A stretch of 51,276 nucleotides of DNA from Vermamoeba vermiformis (taxonomy: Eukaryota): positions 248,001-299,276 of the forward strand of contig JBEWZL010000219.1 of assembly GCA_045837725.1 (NCBI GenBank), written 5' to 3'. Shown here one piece after another: positions 12,473 through 26,942 of this stretch (the first letter of the stretch is position 1; every line of letters begins with the position of its first letter). The translations under genes and the position numbers were made by a program. A model generated the notes under the pieces. That model was given only the letters and a program-made list of their open reading frames with translations, made no database searches and was not told where the DNA came from.

Positions 12473-15400
12473 TTATTCATCAGGGAATGACGAGTTGAGT
12501 TTGTTGCATATTTGTTCCATCGATGGGCGATTGTTCGGGTCTGGTTGCCAACAAGACAGCATGATCTCACGAAGAACTGGATCAACGTTTTGAGGAACGG
12601 TTGGATGATATGCCTCGTTCCTATCAATTGTCATGGTTAATTCTGCCTCAATTATTGATCGAATCTCAACGAGTGTTATTCAGCACAGCTAGACTTACTT
12701 GATCTTGACTGCAACTTCGAGTGGATCGATGTCGATATGAGGCTCATTTCGACTCACAATTTCATATACTACATGAGTGTTATTAGCTTCATCTGTCTAC
12801 AACATATGTCTATCGTGTTTAAGTACGTACGAACAATGCCAAATGACCACACATCACTCTTCGTACTGTATTGAAGATCACGCAAGCTTTCAGGTGCCTA
12901 TTTCATGCAGCTGTATCAGTACTTTGTCACATGTAGTATAAGTACTCGAGTCATACCATCCATCTAATGGGTCCATAGTTTGTTCTTGTCTTTCCTTTCT
13001 CAGCCTCACTCTTCAGAACACGTGACATGCCAAAGTCCTGAATACAAATCGTCAGAGACTGCGTTAAAAACGAATCTACCGCGACCACTTACCGAGATCT
13101 TGGGTGTGCCTGATTTGTTCAACTGTCATGTAAATGCATGTTAGTACCTGACACATGAGAATACACGCAAGATGACACGTGATCGACGCGCTCTCAAAAA
13201 GATCATCTTGAAAAGCTTACCAGAACATTTCTCGCAGCAAGATCACGATGAACAATGTTGTTTGAGTGGAGATGATACAGTCCTCGTGCAATACCTTTGA
13301 TCAATGCGACTTTTTGTTGTGGTGTCAAGGTCACATCAGAGTCGAACAAACGATTGTCCAAACTTCCACCTTCACAGAATTCGAGTACAATGCACGGCAG
13401 CTGACCGTCAAGACTCACTCCGAATGTTTGAACGACATTGGGATGTTGTTGAAGACCGCTGAGGTATCGTACATTAGTAGTGTCACAATTGACAAGTCAA
13501 CTGTTAGTTACTTACACAGTGATTCGTGCTTCATCAAAGAACCCATCCATGTCTGTCACTGATGATGACACTTTGATTGCAACTGGTGTGCCTTTCCATT
13601 CGCTTGAAGAGAGTCAATTCCTGTTTCCTAAAGCACATCAAATCGGCACTTACCCAACATAGACTTTGCCGTAGCTACCTGCACCAATCTCTTTCTTGAA
13701 CACCAATGAATTGTATGGAATCTTCAGACGATCGTCAATCGATTCTGAGAGGTGTCAAGGTCAGATCGTGTTGATTTGTAAGCACTCGTGTACGTACCCA
13801 TTGCGATCTCAACACGACTCTTGCCGTGAAGAAGAGAGCCTTTTCTTTTCTTTCTGCGACGAAGAAGCACGAGCAAGATGATCAATCCTGCTGCCACGAC
13901 CACCACAGGAACAACGATGGCTGGTACGAGCACACTGGCTGGAGGTCCTTCAGTTGTAGGCGCATTCCCAATCGAGTCACTCGGTGCATTGAGAGGTGTT
14001 TTAGAGTCAATCGGACTAGCTGGAATTTGACTGAAAGGACTTGACAGGACTTGTGGCGTTGAAAGGAAGCTCAAACAATCACTGCTGCAGTTAGGTTCAC
14101 CATCGCAAACCTCCTATAATACGCGTTAGTTCCGTGACAGCTGTAGCACTTGCTTCACTCACGCGACTATTTTTTATGCCGTCTCCGCAGAAATTGTGAC
14201 GAATTTGCAGCAGTTGCATTACACCGCTTGATTCATCTCGCACTAGCATTGCGAGTAAATTGTTTGCATCCGCGTTGGAAAGAGTGAAAAACACATTGGT
14301 ACCGCTGAAAGTTACGTTGAGTGGGTTACTAGTATTCGTTTTAAGCTGATAGGCTGTAATAGTGTTCCCATCCGTGTCTCTGCTAATCAGTACTGCGGCC
14401 GTGGGATCATTTGCAAGTCTTCCAAGTCCGAGGTTGGATCCGTAAAACTGGTGAGTAAAAAATTCAGCAGCAGTAATTGCTGCCTCTGTAGGGTTCCAAT
14501 CATGGCAATACACGCTCGCCTAATGAATATTATTAAGGCCGTCAGACGATGGCATTCGATAATTGCGTACGCTCAAAGTGAAGCAAACCACGCCGGAAAC
14601 GTTGTTAAACAGTTGACTTGTTACTGCAACACCTGCTTTTGCTAACGTGCTGTATGCCGAAAAATATCCTGTCGTTGAAAGAGTAGTGCCGGTCCAAATA
14701 GCTGAAGGAGTCTCTAACACCACGGAATAGGTGTCTAGTAACAAAAGATCTCGATGTTAAACTTGAGGAATAATATGTTAAACTAGACTTACCAGGAATG
14801 CCATATTGTAGCAAATTCATTCGCGCGATTGAAGTAACACCGGTAAATGGAATGTCCAGATCGATGTCCGAAAACTGCAGCCCGCTGATAGTGCAGCGAA
14901 TTAAAGCCAGCTTGGCGCCATTCTATTATAAAGTTAGTGCTTGAGAAGCTGGGAGTTAACCACCCTTACGTAGTAATACGAGATTCCTACAACCAGGTTC
15001 GACGGATCGTTTGGATCGGCGACAACATTCATTGCGTAAGCTGGGAAAGTAAATATACTAACAAGGTGGCCTTGTGTTGGTACAGGGCTGGTAGGGCTAA
15101 CGTCTGTTACGACATATAACTGGATACGCGTTAGCTAACCTGATCTCTTGCTTTGTAACTCACCAAATAGCTTGAAGAACCCTGTTTGATCGCGTAAAAC
15201 AGATAGCAATTCTTCTCGACTGCTCCCAGAGTAAACAAGTCGGAACTACTGACGGGTTGAGCGAAGGTCAAAGGCAAATCTACAGATCCAAAACCGAAAA
15301 CAAGTCTGTTCAAATTATTAATAATGACATTACTGGTTGCTAATAATAATTCCAACAATTAACTAAAGGGTTACCTAGTATTGCTTGTGCGGTAAGCAAA

Positions 15401-15561
15401 GCAATATTTGCCGTTTTGCGCGGCAACTACAACGCTTTCATTTGAATACGATGGATAACTAATACTATTATTTTTTTCAACGTAAAATTCATCCGTACCT
15501 ACGTAATCCAATCAATAAAAATAATAATCGCAATCAGATCCAAAAATGGAATTCGCAGCAT
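12473..15561 (-). CDS. Receptor tyrosine kinase paralog A (single TM, tyrosine-kinase-type catalytic domain)
   Basis: TM segment VLVPAIVVPVVVVAAGLIILLVLL followed by RRRKKRK. Kinase motifs IGAGSYGKV, VAIK, HRDLAARN, DFG, GPIRWM-APE and KSDVWSFG. A Cys-rich CGDG juxtamembrane motif is present. Start approximate. Confidence 0.88.
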
Positions 15562-15867
15562 TGCTGCATCTGTATCTACTTACTCTGTTGATTACGAACG
15601 AGATTCGCTGAAATCAAAACTATAACCGCAATCCAGATTCCGTGCCACATCCAAGTTGATCTGCCCTTAACTTTGCAAAATACTTTCTCGAGGGCCACTA
15701 TTAGTTGCTACTCATCGATAAATAATAATAAATACACAAAATCTCCAAGCACTAACCAGCTGTCAAGCCATTTCTTGTGTACCTTGTTGCAGGAACATCC
15801 GCTCAGTTTGAATTAAGAGCTTTACTATTAATATTCAATAAGCTGAGCTCAGCTAGGATGTAGCTCC

Positions 15868-17331
15868 TTAGAAAGCAAGTGCAACAACAGCCAAAGCAAC
15901 GCTAGCAGTCAACTTGATGGCGTCAGAAGAGGGGTTGGTAGCCTTAGTGAAGTTAGGGTTGGCAGCAATAACGCTGTCGATTTGGCTTTCGATGGCAGTC
16001 TCGTCCAGATCTTGAGGAGGATTGGTCTTGTCCCACGAGACAGTGATCACGAAGGTAGAATCGCCAGTCTTGTCGACAGTAATGTACATGGCGTCAATGT
16101 TGAGCGTGTTGGCAATGAAGAACTTGATGTCGTCCTCGCTCAAAGTAATGCCAGTGATGGTGATTTCAATGCGGATCTCGAAGCGATCAGATTCGGGCAC
16201 AACTTCAGTACAGTTCTCGCCACGGAAGTAGCCAGGAGCGCAAACAGGGACATCATCGCTGTTGCAACGAGTATTTTCGTCGTCTTCGCAGACAGTACCA
16301 GCGCAGTACGAGCAGCAAGATCCGGACTTTTGAACGCGGTAGTCGTCGTCTTCAGGGCAGTCTCCAGCGAACATAGGGCAAGCAATGGTGTCGCAGTAGT
16401 TATCAGCAACACAAGTCGGGCAGCATTCGTTAGCGAGGACAATAGCTGTCTCGTTTTGAGCGCACGAAATTTCAGGGCAGTCGAGCTCTTCGTCGCACTC
16501 AACGTAGTCGCAAACGGGGCAGCAGCTGTCGTCGTAGATGGTGGGCACCATACCGGCTTCGCATTGAACAGGAGCGCAGTCTACCATCGTGCAGTCAACG
16601 GCGCCGACGCAAATAGTGCAGCAGCCATCGTCAATCTCAACTTGGTTCTCTTTGCAGGGGTACTTAGGGCACACAGCTGCATCACAGAGGTTGTCCGGGA
16701 CACAAGTGGGACAGCAATCATAAGCACCGTAAGACTCAACCATACCATCAGCACAGTCGACTAGTGCATATGGTGATTAGTCGTTGCAATAAATCTGATT
16801 AACCATAGCTCAAGACTTACGCTCAGGGCAGTCGATCGAGTCGCAATCAGGAACACAAACTGGGCAACATTCGCCTGGGAGAACAATGGCACGCTCGTTG
16901 TCAGCGCACATGACAGCGGCACAGTCTACGTTGGAGCAATCAACGTCATCTGTAGTAATTAGGTCAGAAAAATTTAGATTAATTTTTACTAAAAAATTTG
17001 TACCGGCACAATCGCAGGTTGGGCAGCCGTTGTCGTCAAAGGCATATCCACTAGAGCAGTAGACGCTGCAGGCATAAGCGGGGCAGGCTTAAAATAAGTT
17101 AATTAATTTGATCGAAACTAATTTTTTCTGGATTTAATTACCAATAACTTCTTCAGCACAAACGACGTTATCCTCATTGTCGTAGTAAGTAGGTGTGCAT
17201 GAACCAATGGTTACAGCGCAGTAATCGTACACGCAACCTTCGGGAGCAGGCAACGAGCAAGGATCAACGTTGCACGAATTTTGAGCAAAAACAGCAGTGA
17301 AGAACAAGCAAGCAATAATAACCTTCAACAT
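15868..17331 (-). CDS. Secreted, probably GPI-anchored, cysteine-rich repeat protein (VWC-like CCPxC repeats, EGF-like motif)
   Basis: Signal MLKVIIACLFFTAVFA. Repeated C..C....C......CCP.C units and the motif CAPGYFRGENC. C-terminus SSDAIKLTASVALAVVALAF*. Confidence 0.85.
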
Positions 17332-17570
17332 CTTCTGTGGTCTTATGATAAGTAAAGGTAGGTAACTAAAAACTTCCGCAGATCCTACGGTTTTGTTTTG
17401 CTTTCGTCAATCCACAAAAGGAAATCAAACCAAATTTTACTGAAGGGATTCTTCCGAATTACAACAATGCGTTCGATAAGATAAAAATTAATACATACGC
17501 TAGCGCGCACAGCCAAGTTGGATCCGGTTCAAGACAATTTGATCCTTAGGTTAGATAAAGGCTTCTTCTA

Positions 17571-20500
17571 CTATTCATCAGGGAATGACGAGTTGAGTTT
17601 GTTGCATATTTGTTCCATCGATGGGCGATTATTCGGGTCTGGTTGCCAACAAGACAGCATGATCTCGCGAAGAACTGGATCAACGTTTTGAGGAATTGAT
17701 GGATGATACGACTCGTTCCTATTTGGCGGATTTTGTTAACAACAATAAGAAGAAACTATTTAGTGGAAATATTTGACTTACTTGATCTTGACTGCAACTT
17801 CGAGTGGATCGATGTCGATGTGAGGTTCGTGTCGACTCACAATTTCATATACTACATGAGTGCTATTAGCTTCGTCTGTTTACAAAAAATATGTCTATCG
17901 TGTTTAAGTACGTACGAACAATACCAAACGACCACACATCACTCTTCGTGCTGTATTGAAGATCACGCAAGCTTTCAGGTGCCTAGTTCATTCAACTGTG
18001 TCAGCACTTTCTCGCATATAGTACTGTAAGTACTCGAGTCATACCATCCATCTAATGGGTCCATAGTTTGTTCTTGTCTTTCCTTTCTCAGCCTCACTCT
18101 TCAGAACACGTGACATGCCAAAGTCCTGAAAACAACAACAATCGTCAAGATGACTTTACAATCTAATGCTACTACGACCAACTTACGGAGATCTTAGGTG
18201 TTCCTGATTTGTTCAGCTGTTCATATAAATGTCCGTCAGTACGTGACACGTGAGAATGACACTTGAGATGACACGTGTCATCGACGCGCTCTCACTGGAC
18301 ATCTTGAAAAGCTTACCAGAACATTTCTCGCAGCAAGATCACGATGAACAATGTTGTTTGAGTGGAGATGATACAGTCCTCGTGCAATACCTTTGATCAA
18401 CGCGACTTTTTGTTGTGGTGTCAAGGTCACATCAGAGTCGAACAAACGATTGTCCAAACTTCCACCTTCACAGAATTCGAGTACAATGCACGGCAGTTGA
18501 CCGTCAAGACTCACTCCGAATGTTTGAACGACATTGGGATGTTGTTGAAGACCGCTGATGTATCGTACATTAGGAGTGTCGCAATTGTGAATGTTGTCTG
18601 TCAAATACTTACACAGTGATTCGTGCTTCATCAAAGAACCCATCCATGTCTGTCACTGATGATGACACTTTGATTGCGACTGGTGTGCCTTTCCATTCAC
18701 TTAAAGAGAGTCAGAGAAGTACGGTGATTCGTACGAGATAGCGTCGTTCGAGCACTTACCCAACGTAGACCTTGCCGTAACTGCCTGCACCAATCTCTTT
18801 CTTGAATACCAATGACTTGTATGGAATCTTCAGACGATCGTCAATCGATTCTGATAGCAACATCGTTAGTCATGTGCTTTTGTTTACCAAGTCACTTGTC
18901 TGTTGTAACGTTGGTTTGTAAGCACTCGTGTACGTACCCATTGCAATCTCGACACGACTCTTGCCGTGAAGAAGAGAGCCGTTTCTCTTCTTTCTGCGAC
19001 GAAGAAGCACGAGCAAGATGATCAGTCCTGCTGCCACGACCACCACGGGAACAACGATTGCTGGTACGAGCACACTGGCTGAAACTCCAGCTGCTGGTCC
19101 TTCGTGTTGTTGGCGCATTCCCAAGTCGAGTCACTCGGTGCATTGAGAGGTGCTTTAGAGCCAATAGGATTAACTGATGTTGGGGCACCTGTAGGGAGTG
19201 GAATCGTCGATGTTATTGACGTGCAATCGGAAGTACACGAAGGACCGCCGGCAGGACCTTGATCACATTGCTCCTGAAAGCAGCATGTCAACATTATATA
19301 ATTCATACAAGTGTTACTTACGAAGCTGTTAGTGATGTTGTCCCCGCAGTAATCGTGCCGAATTCGAAATAGGTTCATCTCTCCAGCGTTATAGCGGACC
19401 AGCAACGATACTCTGTTGCTCGAATCTGCATTTGTTGCAGCGAAAGACACCGCGCCACTCACTTTAAAAAACGTGTTCGCCGATTCAGCCTGATGGTTTT
19501 GAAATTGCTTTGCAAATAGTGCTGCGCCATCTGTGCCAAAAAGTACGGTGCCGTTGGCATAGCGGAAAAGCAATGCTAGAGCAGGAGATCCGGCTGAAAG
19601 AGGGATATTGACCTGATTACTGTCAATAAGGGAATTGCTGGGAGTCCATTGTTGGCAGAATGTTTGAACCTGGCAATATCATCATTATTATCGGTTGTTT
19701 TTGAATTTTGTCGAAGATGAGACTTACATTTGTACTGTAACACAGCAAGCCCGAAGCACCAGACGCAAAAGATTGACTGGTGATAGAAGCAGCATTCAGT
19801 TACTGCCAATGCGGCGCTTGAAGCAAAGTAATTAACTTTGCTGTAACGGCTGGCTTCCCGCCCAGACTTGAGATCCGTTCTTCAACAGTGCTACTACTGA
19901 GACGTTATCTGCAGTCAAAATTATTATTAGGACGTTGGTATTTAGCGCTCGTCAGTATAAAATTTTACTTAGGAGAGCTCGGATAAATCGCTTACCTTTC
20001 GCGTACTGGAAAAAGTCTAATTGCAATACTTGATTGTTGGTCGTGATTATCGAATTTTGGCTAATGCTCGATATTCTACTGCCTGATGCCTGCAAGGTAT
20101 CATAATTGCACATCTCAAACCTAACATTGCCCTAGAAATCGAGATTAGTCTCAAAAATAATGGTAGTTGCCGCTTACATTCAAAATTAAAGAAAAACCGA
20201 GAACGAAAGCGGTGGGTGCGCTTGAAGATATGACGACGTTCATGGTAAACGGTTCGTCAAAGGTATTCGGAAAATTATCAGGACCGGCGACCGTAGCTCC
20301 CTCAACTACGCTGTAGATCTATAGGGCCTCGGTTAGAACGCACCAATTTACATATTAGCCTTACATTAAAACTGGACCCTAAACCGTCTTTCATCGTATA
20401 AAATAAGATGCATTGATCAGAGAGTGTTGATACCGCGAAAAGTGAGTTGGAGTCGGTAGTCACGAAGCGGATCGTTGGTTGATCGGCTTGTCCGTAGCCA

Positions 20501-20876
20501 AAAGCGAGTCTAAAAATACGCAAATATTAGGTTTAATAAATCATGATCCTATTTCGGAAGTTTACGTGGTCGTTGTGTCAGTGCGGTAGGCAAAACAAAC
20601 TTTGCCTCCTCCCGCATCTGCAATGACGGCGTCGCTCGAAGATTGCGGAAGGGACCCATTGTACGATGTGTCTATAACAAATTGATCGGTAGATGGGCCT
20701 GCAAAGTCACGTCAGTAAAGCAGATTCGACTGACAATCTAGAAACAATTATATAGCATGATTAACGTTAATAATCGATCCTGAATATTGTCACTTACTTG
20801 CGGCACGTATACTGTGAGCAAAAATTATTATTACAAATAGCGCAACACCCCAGATTTCAAAACGTGGAGTGGCCAT
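17571..20876 (-). CDS. Receptor tyrosine kinase paralog B
   Basis: Signal MATPRFEIWGVALFVIIIFAHSIRA. Myxococcus-type Cys repeat YCGDNITN..EQCDQG..CTSDC. TM and kinase exons are nearly identical to paralog A (HRDLAARN, GPIRWM). There is a possible 1-nt frame disturbance around 19120-19130 between ectodomain and TM. Confidence 0.86.
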
Positions 20877-21428
20877 CTCAATTGTTCCCGTGATGCCAAT
20901 GATTTCCGAGCGATATGAATTCTCTAAGTGTGATAGCACATTTATAAACAATGACATAAACTGTTTGTTTATGCTCCTAAACCAGCCTGTCAGATTCATC
21001 AAAATCTTTTTTGTTCTGAAATATCCGAGTAACTTTCTACTTGAACTGCTGGAAACAAATGCCCATTAATGGGAAGGAGGTACCACCTTGGTACGAAAAA
21101 CTTCCAACGGTAAATAATTTATTTAAATTATTTTTAAAATATTTTTCAGTGCTAGACACGTAAAATATTATTCGTCTGAACATACAACGAGCTCGTTGTT
21201 ACCACATTGGCTTAATTGAGAATTGAGTACGTTCTCTGCTTGTTCCACAAAAGATTTAGGTTATTCCACGGATGAAGTGATTCATCAAATGATTCTGTAC
21301 TTCCGCAACTTTTTTCGATTTTCGAAGCATTTTAAGTGTGATTCTTTGGCCCCTGGGGTTGTTGATAACATTAAATGATTTCGGCACGAAGAAAAGTTAT
21401 AACTTCCATTTAGAAATTTTAATCCCAA

Positions 21429-23806
21429 ATGGGCCAACACACGAGCGCACAAACCACCCAATATTTCCTAGAGCCACTCCGAGATGACCGTATTGAGGTC
21501 ATCTTCGAGCACGCTCAGCCAGAGGTGGTGAACAACACCGATCGAGAGATCTACCGCTCTGTGATGAATAATTACAGAACCTTCCTTGGTGCGTTTGAGA
21601 AACCTAACGATCAAAAATACAAGAGAACCTTTGAAGTAAATGGGGACAATACAACTCTGACTGAGTAAGTTATTTTTAGAAGTAAATCTGCCTTAAATTA
21701 GTGCCCACGTCATCATCAAGACTATGGATATTTTAAACTATGATATTCACTTTTGCAAATTATTGGCAGTGATTTAACTTACAAATAGCTGAATTCCAAT
21801 TTTCAGATCGAGTGAAATTTTCTTCGCCAACGGTATTCTACAATGGAACGTTGAATGGAAAAACGGCAAGCTCGCAGTCATGAACGCTGCTGTGCCCAAC
21901 ATGGCCAAGACTCAGCCAACATACAACGTTGAATCATTTGTGCAACGTGGCATCAAGTTCATTCGTCACTTTTACGCCAATGAAGCCACTGAATTCTCTC
22001 AAATGATGTCACCTGCTTTGGCTAAGGTAGTCCCTCCACCTGGTACGTCCTCGCTTTATAATATTTTCATTTAAGGAAGGTTGAACTAACGCAAGACCGG
22101 ACCAAACAGAGGTCCGCAGAATGCTCAATTTGGAAATCGACCGTGCTGAGCTCGGAAAATTCGTAGACGTAAAGCCACGTAACATTCCTAATTTGGAAAC
22201 TATTCCTGGTTAGTGATTTGTCAGACGAATAATCAATCGGATCTAACCCGCTTCTGCACTTTTAGCAACCACTACGGGCAAGACATTTGACATTACGTAC
22301 GAGATCATTCGCGAGAAGGCAATAGGTCTCGGCACGGTGACATTTACCATCGACAAGTTCGAGTCCTCGTTGATGGGCTTCAGCTTCTGCCAACAATTGA
22401 TCCGCTCGCAGATCCATCCTGAACCTGACGAGGGCGTGACACGTACTAAAACAGCGCTGCAACACATGATCAATTTGGAAGCTGAAGAGTACTACGAAGG
22501 TTGCATCAAGTCGTTGCGCAACTTGATTCATCCTGAGATTCTCAAGTGCTACTGGGAGGACGTGTTCACCTACCTCGGTCCACTCGAAGGTACAGACCTA
22601 TGATTATTGTTCGTGTATTATAACGGATTTAACGTACTTTTATAGAGACGCTCGACGAGGCCGTGCAGCGATGTGCCGTTGATATTTCAACCGACGAGAG
22701 TTTGTTGCCCAAGCTCACCACGCACGGCAGCGTCAAGTTCTTGAACAACACGCTCATTTACGACTTTGCTTGGGTGAACTCTGCTCTATTAAGTAAGGCA
22801 CGATAATAAGATCCTTGCATATCTAACCTCTGTCGCAGGTTTCAACTACAGATTCGAGCAAGAAGTCGTGGGCTTCAGTCGCTCTCCAATCATTGTCCCC
22901 GCACAAGCGTATTGGGACAGAACCAAAGAGTGGTTCTTGGACGTGATCCGTTACGACAAGCGCGATATCTTGGCGGCCGAAATGTTACCGGGATTTAGCG
23001 ACGAGCCCAACACTGTCACACAGTACGATGTGATGAAGACCTTGTTGAACGAGAACTGGAACTTTAAGAACCTCAACATCGTTCAATTCGACTTGACCAA
23101 TCCTCAGCCGTTGCCCTCTAATTTCCCAACGCTGATTCAACACCAGTTCACGTACAAGTTTATCATCCGCGACAACGCGCACCACGAGTTTGAGGCACAA
23201 GTTAAATGGCTCGTTGGTCAATTCCGCGCGTTCATTAGCTCGTTCTATATTAACAGAATCAGTACGTAACTAGTACTGTGCTAAATAATGTTCTTACCTT
23301 TTCACTAGATCCGAATCCAGATCACCAAAGCCTCGAGTTTAAAGAAGTCTCCAAGCTGGCCAACATTTTGTTCTCAAGAATAACCGTGGATATTTCGAAC
23401 ATTAGAAACAGCTTCGAGGATGCCAGCGAGTACCGAGTTGTGCTGTCACATTCACGACAAGACATTCGCCAAGTCAACGCACCACTCACATTGTCTGGCG
23501 ACTTGCTGTCAACTGAGAAAGTCTTAGCCTTTGACGTGCTGAACTGGAACTTGATCGACTCCATTACCCTCGACGTCACGAAGATTGTCGGAGGTGCTCC
23601 GGTTATTATGGGTACGTAGCCATGTTGACCCTGTGCTCGGGCTCTAAGCTAACATTTGACCTTAAGGAACGGTTGTTTTGCCTCTTAAAGCCATCATCAC
23701 GGCCAAGATTGACTCTAAGACGATTGCCTTTGAGAAGGAATACACTACTGACGGTCAAAATGCTGTGCCGGTCAAGATCCGCTTCGAGTTTGAATTGAAC
23801 GATTAA
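21429..23806 (+). CDS. Uncharacterised multi-exon protein with an N-myristoylation-like start (MGQHTS) and a possible C-terminal C2-like beta domain
   Basis: Consecutive long, coding-like exons joined by GT-AG introns. C-terminal DSITLDVTK..VIMGTVVLPLKAI resembles C2 strands. Confidence 0.7.
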
Positions 23807-23862
23807 GCAGAGCTGAATCAATAGTGTAGCCAGAACATTAAATGTTTGATTTATGTACGTGC

Positions 23863-25304
23863 TTACTTCAAGCTCCACACGCCGAGATAGCTGTCATAGC
23901 CAAGCACGAGAAAATCAGACTGCACGGACATGCTTGCCAGCGAGCCAACAATAGACGCTTTTTTCGTGACATTGTACGTGCTCGCGTTAAGCACGTTGAT
24001 CTGCCTGCTCGTGCTGTACACTATTTTGGTCTCGTCACAGTGCACAGCTGAAATTTCTCCGGTCCAGGATATGACTTTTTGCGTGAAGACAGGTTTGGGA
24101 GCCAGCCAATTGTACACTTTGAGTTCACTATGATCGTGCGTGCCCATACAACCTGCCACGATCTGTTTGTCCGAATTGAAGTGTACTCGAGAAACGTATG
24201 TTTGTGCGGTATTAATTCGCCCAATCTCCGACCGCATGCGCATATCTCGTGCAACAATGTGCGCGCCAGTTGCGTAGACGCACAGATTCAGTTCAGTATT
24301 GACAGCCAACGAGCGACACGACTCGTACTGGGGTGGAGTTGTTGACTCGAGCAAGGTGCCTGTGTTAATATTCCACAACTGCGAATAGGTCAATATTTGC
24401 ACTGTTTTGTTACAGCCTATCGGACTTACTCTTAGACAACCAGAACGCGTGGCAGTAATGATTTTGTCGTCGTAAAACTTCATGTCAGTGAGGTCATTAG
24501 GATGCGACAGTTCTCTCAACACCGTTTGATTGTCCTTGTCGAACAATAATAAAGGACCTATTCCTCAATTGTCAATTACTGCTCTCTTTCTCAGATGTAA
24601 AGGTGTTACCCTGCGTGGTTCCGACAGCTAGCAACTTCTGATTGACCGCTAATGCTATAGGCACACGATCTGTAAACATGATTAGATTTAATGTTTCTTT
24701 TGATTACAGCATACCGGCTGGAAGGTTGTAGTCGACGATTGGATCGAACTTGCGCTGAGTATTTAAGTGATAGGAGTTTACATGCTTGTATCTGCCGCCA
24801 ACAAATGCCAAACGGTTATCTGCGTCGTATACACAGGCGAGTAGGTGCATGTTGCACTTTGTGGTGCTCGTAAATGATAGATTTACTCTAGGATCCAACC
24901 AATTGGGACTAGATCGATAGCTGATTATAAATATCGTTAATGTAATATTGGTATGGTAGTACAACCACTAATAGGATTATTAAATAGCTAATTCTTATCA
25001 AATTCTCTGATATACAAATTACTTGCCCCCTTACTATTAAGCGTCAATTTAAATCGAGAAAAAAGTATAGTTTACTACATATTTTTACTTACATTTTGAT
25101 GTATATGGATTTCCAGTCAACGGTTGTTGCTCGATCTTGCTCCCCCAAAAATTGAAAATAGTCTCTGATGCACATTGAACGCCACAATTCATTTAATGAG
25201 AGGCCTTCATTTATTATTTTTGACGCTGTTCCAAGATTTAATACTGCTTGCGGTGACAGTTTTAAACAGATGTAGGCAAGCAGATCCAAAGGCAGAAACT
25301 CCAT
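23863..25304 (-). CDS. F-box/WD40 protein
   Basis: N-terminal F-box LPLDLLAYICLKLSPQAVLNLGTASK..LWRSMC, followed by degenerate WD repeats (DMKFYDDKIITATRSGCLR..LWNI; ISAVHCDETKIV). Confidence 0.85.
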
Positions 25305-26942
25305 CGATATTTAAATAATATAATATAATAATATTGTTAAAATAACTAAGAATTTGAGGTACCGCTGTTACAAAAATTATGAAGAAATCATGTCCGGTTA
25401 TTTTCTCTCGTACAGCAGCACAAAAGTACATACGCCGAGATCAAAATTTTGAAGCAGCTCGCCAGCAAAAAGCAATTTATGACTCGCAACCGGTGCCAGT
25501 TTGATTATTATTTCGGTTCCTCAGAACTTAAAATAACCGAGATATCACAAAAATACATTTTGCCGGTTGTGAATCGCATCCTTTGCCTTATCTTCGCTGG
25601 CATTACCGCAAGCTTGTCCAGTTGAATCATTCAATGGACAAAGCCACAATGTAATTTAGACCATATAAATTGCGGCATTGGCAGAAATTTCGGGTGCCGC
25701 GGTACGTACTCCAAAAGTGTTGGCCTGATGCCACATCGTGATAGCTTGTAATGTCCGGCGATTGGTTCGGTTGGATCTTTGACTTGATTGAAGGCCAAAA
25801 AGAAGTAGCTGTCTCGATCCGATTTAATCATCTGAGGCTCCGTGATTTTCGCCGTCGATCAAATACTGAAAATCTACCGGAGTTATCGATTTATCTCTTT
25901 CGAAAGAATTGAAAGTGATGCGTATTGAACCGACTACTTACGCAATATGGGATGAACAAGGTTGATTAACGCGTCAGACATTAATATCTGGTCAGAAGTG
26001 TTGTCGTGTTGGATTACTAGCTCCCTCAAGCAAGCACTGGAGTCGCGTCACCGGTTTACCGAAATGTAGAGGTCCTCATGGCGTCGGTTCGGTACGTCAT
26101 GATGATCCATCCAGGAATGTAGCTAGATGGATGAGTATACTATTGACCGTGTTCGTTGCCCTACAATCGGCGCGTACGGTTGTGCGTACTACTCATTCAC
26201 GAAGAATAGCCGCAGATCAGGAAAAGCTCCATAGGATAGTAGCCGCGTTTTGGCAGTTACGCCGCTTTCAAGGAATGCATCACAAATCTCACGTGAACAG
26301 GATTCTATGTTAAAATTAGGACCTGTACTCACTAATTTCCTATCCTTACAGTTCCGGATTTGTGCACGTTCAGTTCTTAAATTAGAAAAATTTATATTGC
26401 ACGGCTTGGAACGGGTAAAATCAATATTATGATGCAAGATGAGCGATTGGCAGCCTCTTTAATTGGGACAACTTACTTACGCGACAATTTTTCATCTGAA
26501 TCTGACAATGTACTAAATTTAGAAACCGATTACGGAATGGCGAATTATATCTGACTCCTTTAAATACGCGCGAGATAAGGACGAAATCGACAGCCATTGT
26601 TTTTGAATTCAATTCCGAAATAGTGGTTGCCAAAGATCACCCGGTAGAAAATTTTACGCGTGCCAGCAAAACTTCCGTTATCGTTTGGATTTTTAGAAGT
26701 TCCCGAACGAATGGGTTGGGGTTGAAGTCAACTCGCCCAATTAGAAAGATGTCTCTGACGGACGATTTCCTGTCCGTTTGTACGAGGTCATAAATTAGTC
26801 ATGCGAACACAACAATTATTTTGTTTGTTGTCTAGTTTTTGAACACAGGACATAAAAAGCCTCCCGTTTCAAAGCCTTGATAAAACCCTGGTAGTCGAGA
26901 CTCCGGGTTTCACAATTTAAATTATTTTGTATTTATGTTTAA

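Noticed and set aside
15982-16764. 260-aa plus-strand ORF
   Set aside because: Antisense shadow of the codon-biased Cys-rich gene.
25631-26633. Possible small minus-strand gene between the F-box and zinc-finger genes
   Set aside because: Splice-like signals exist, but I could not build a consistent frame or recognise a domain.
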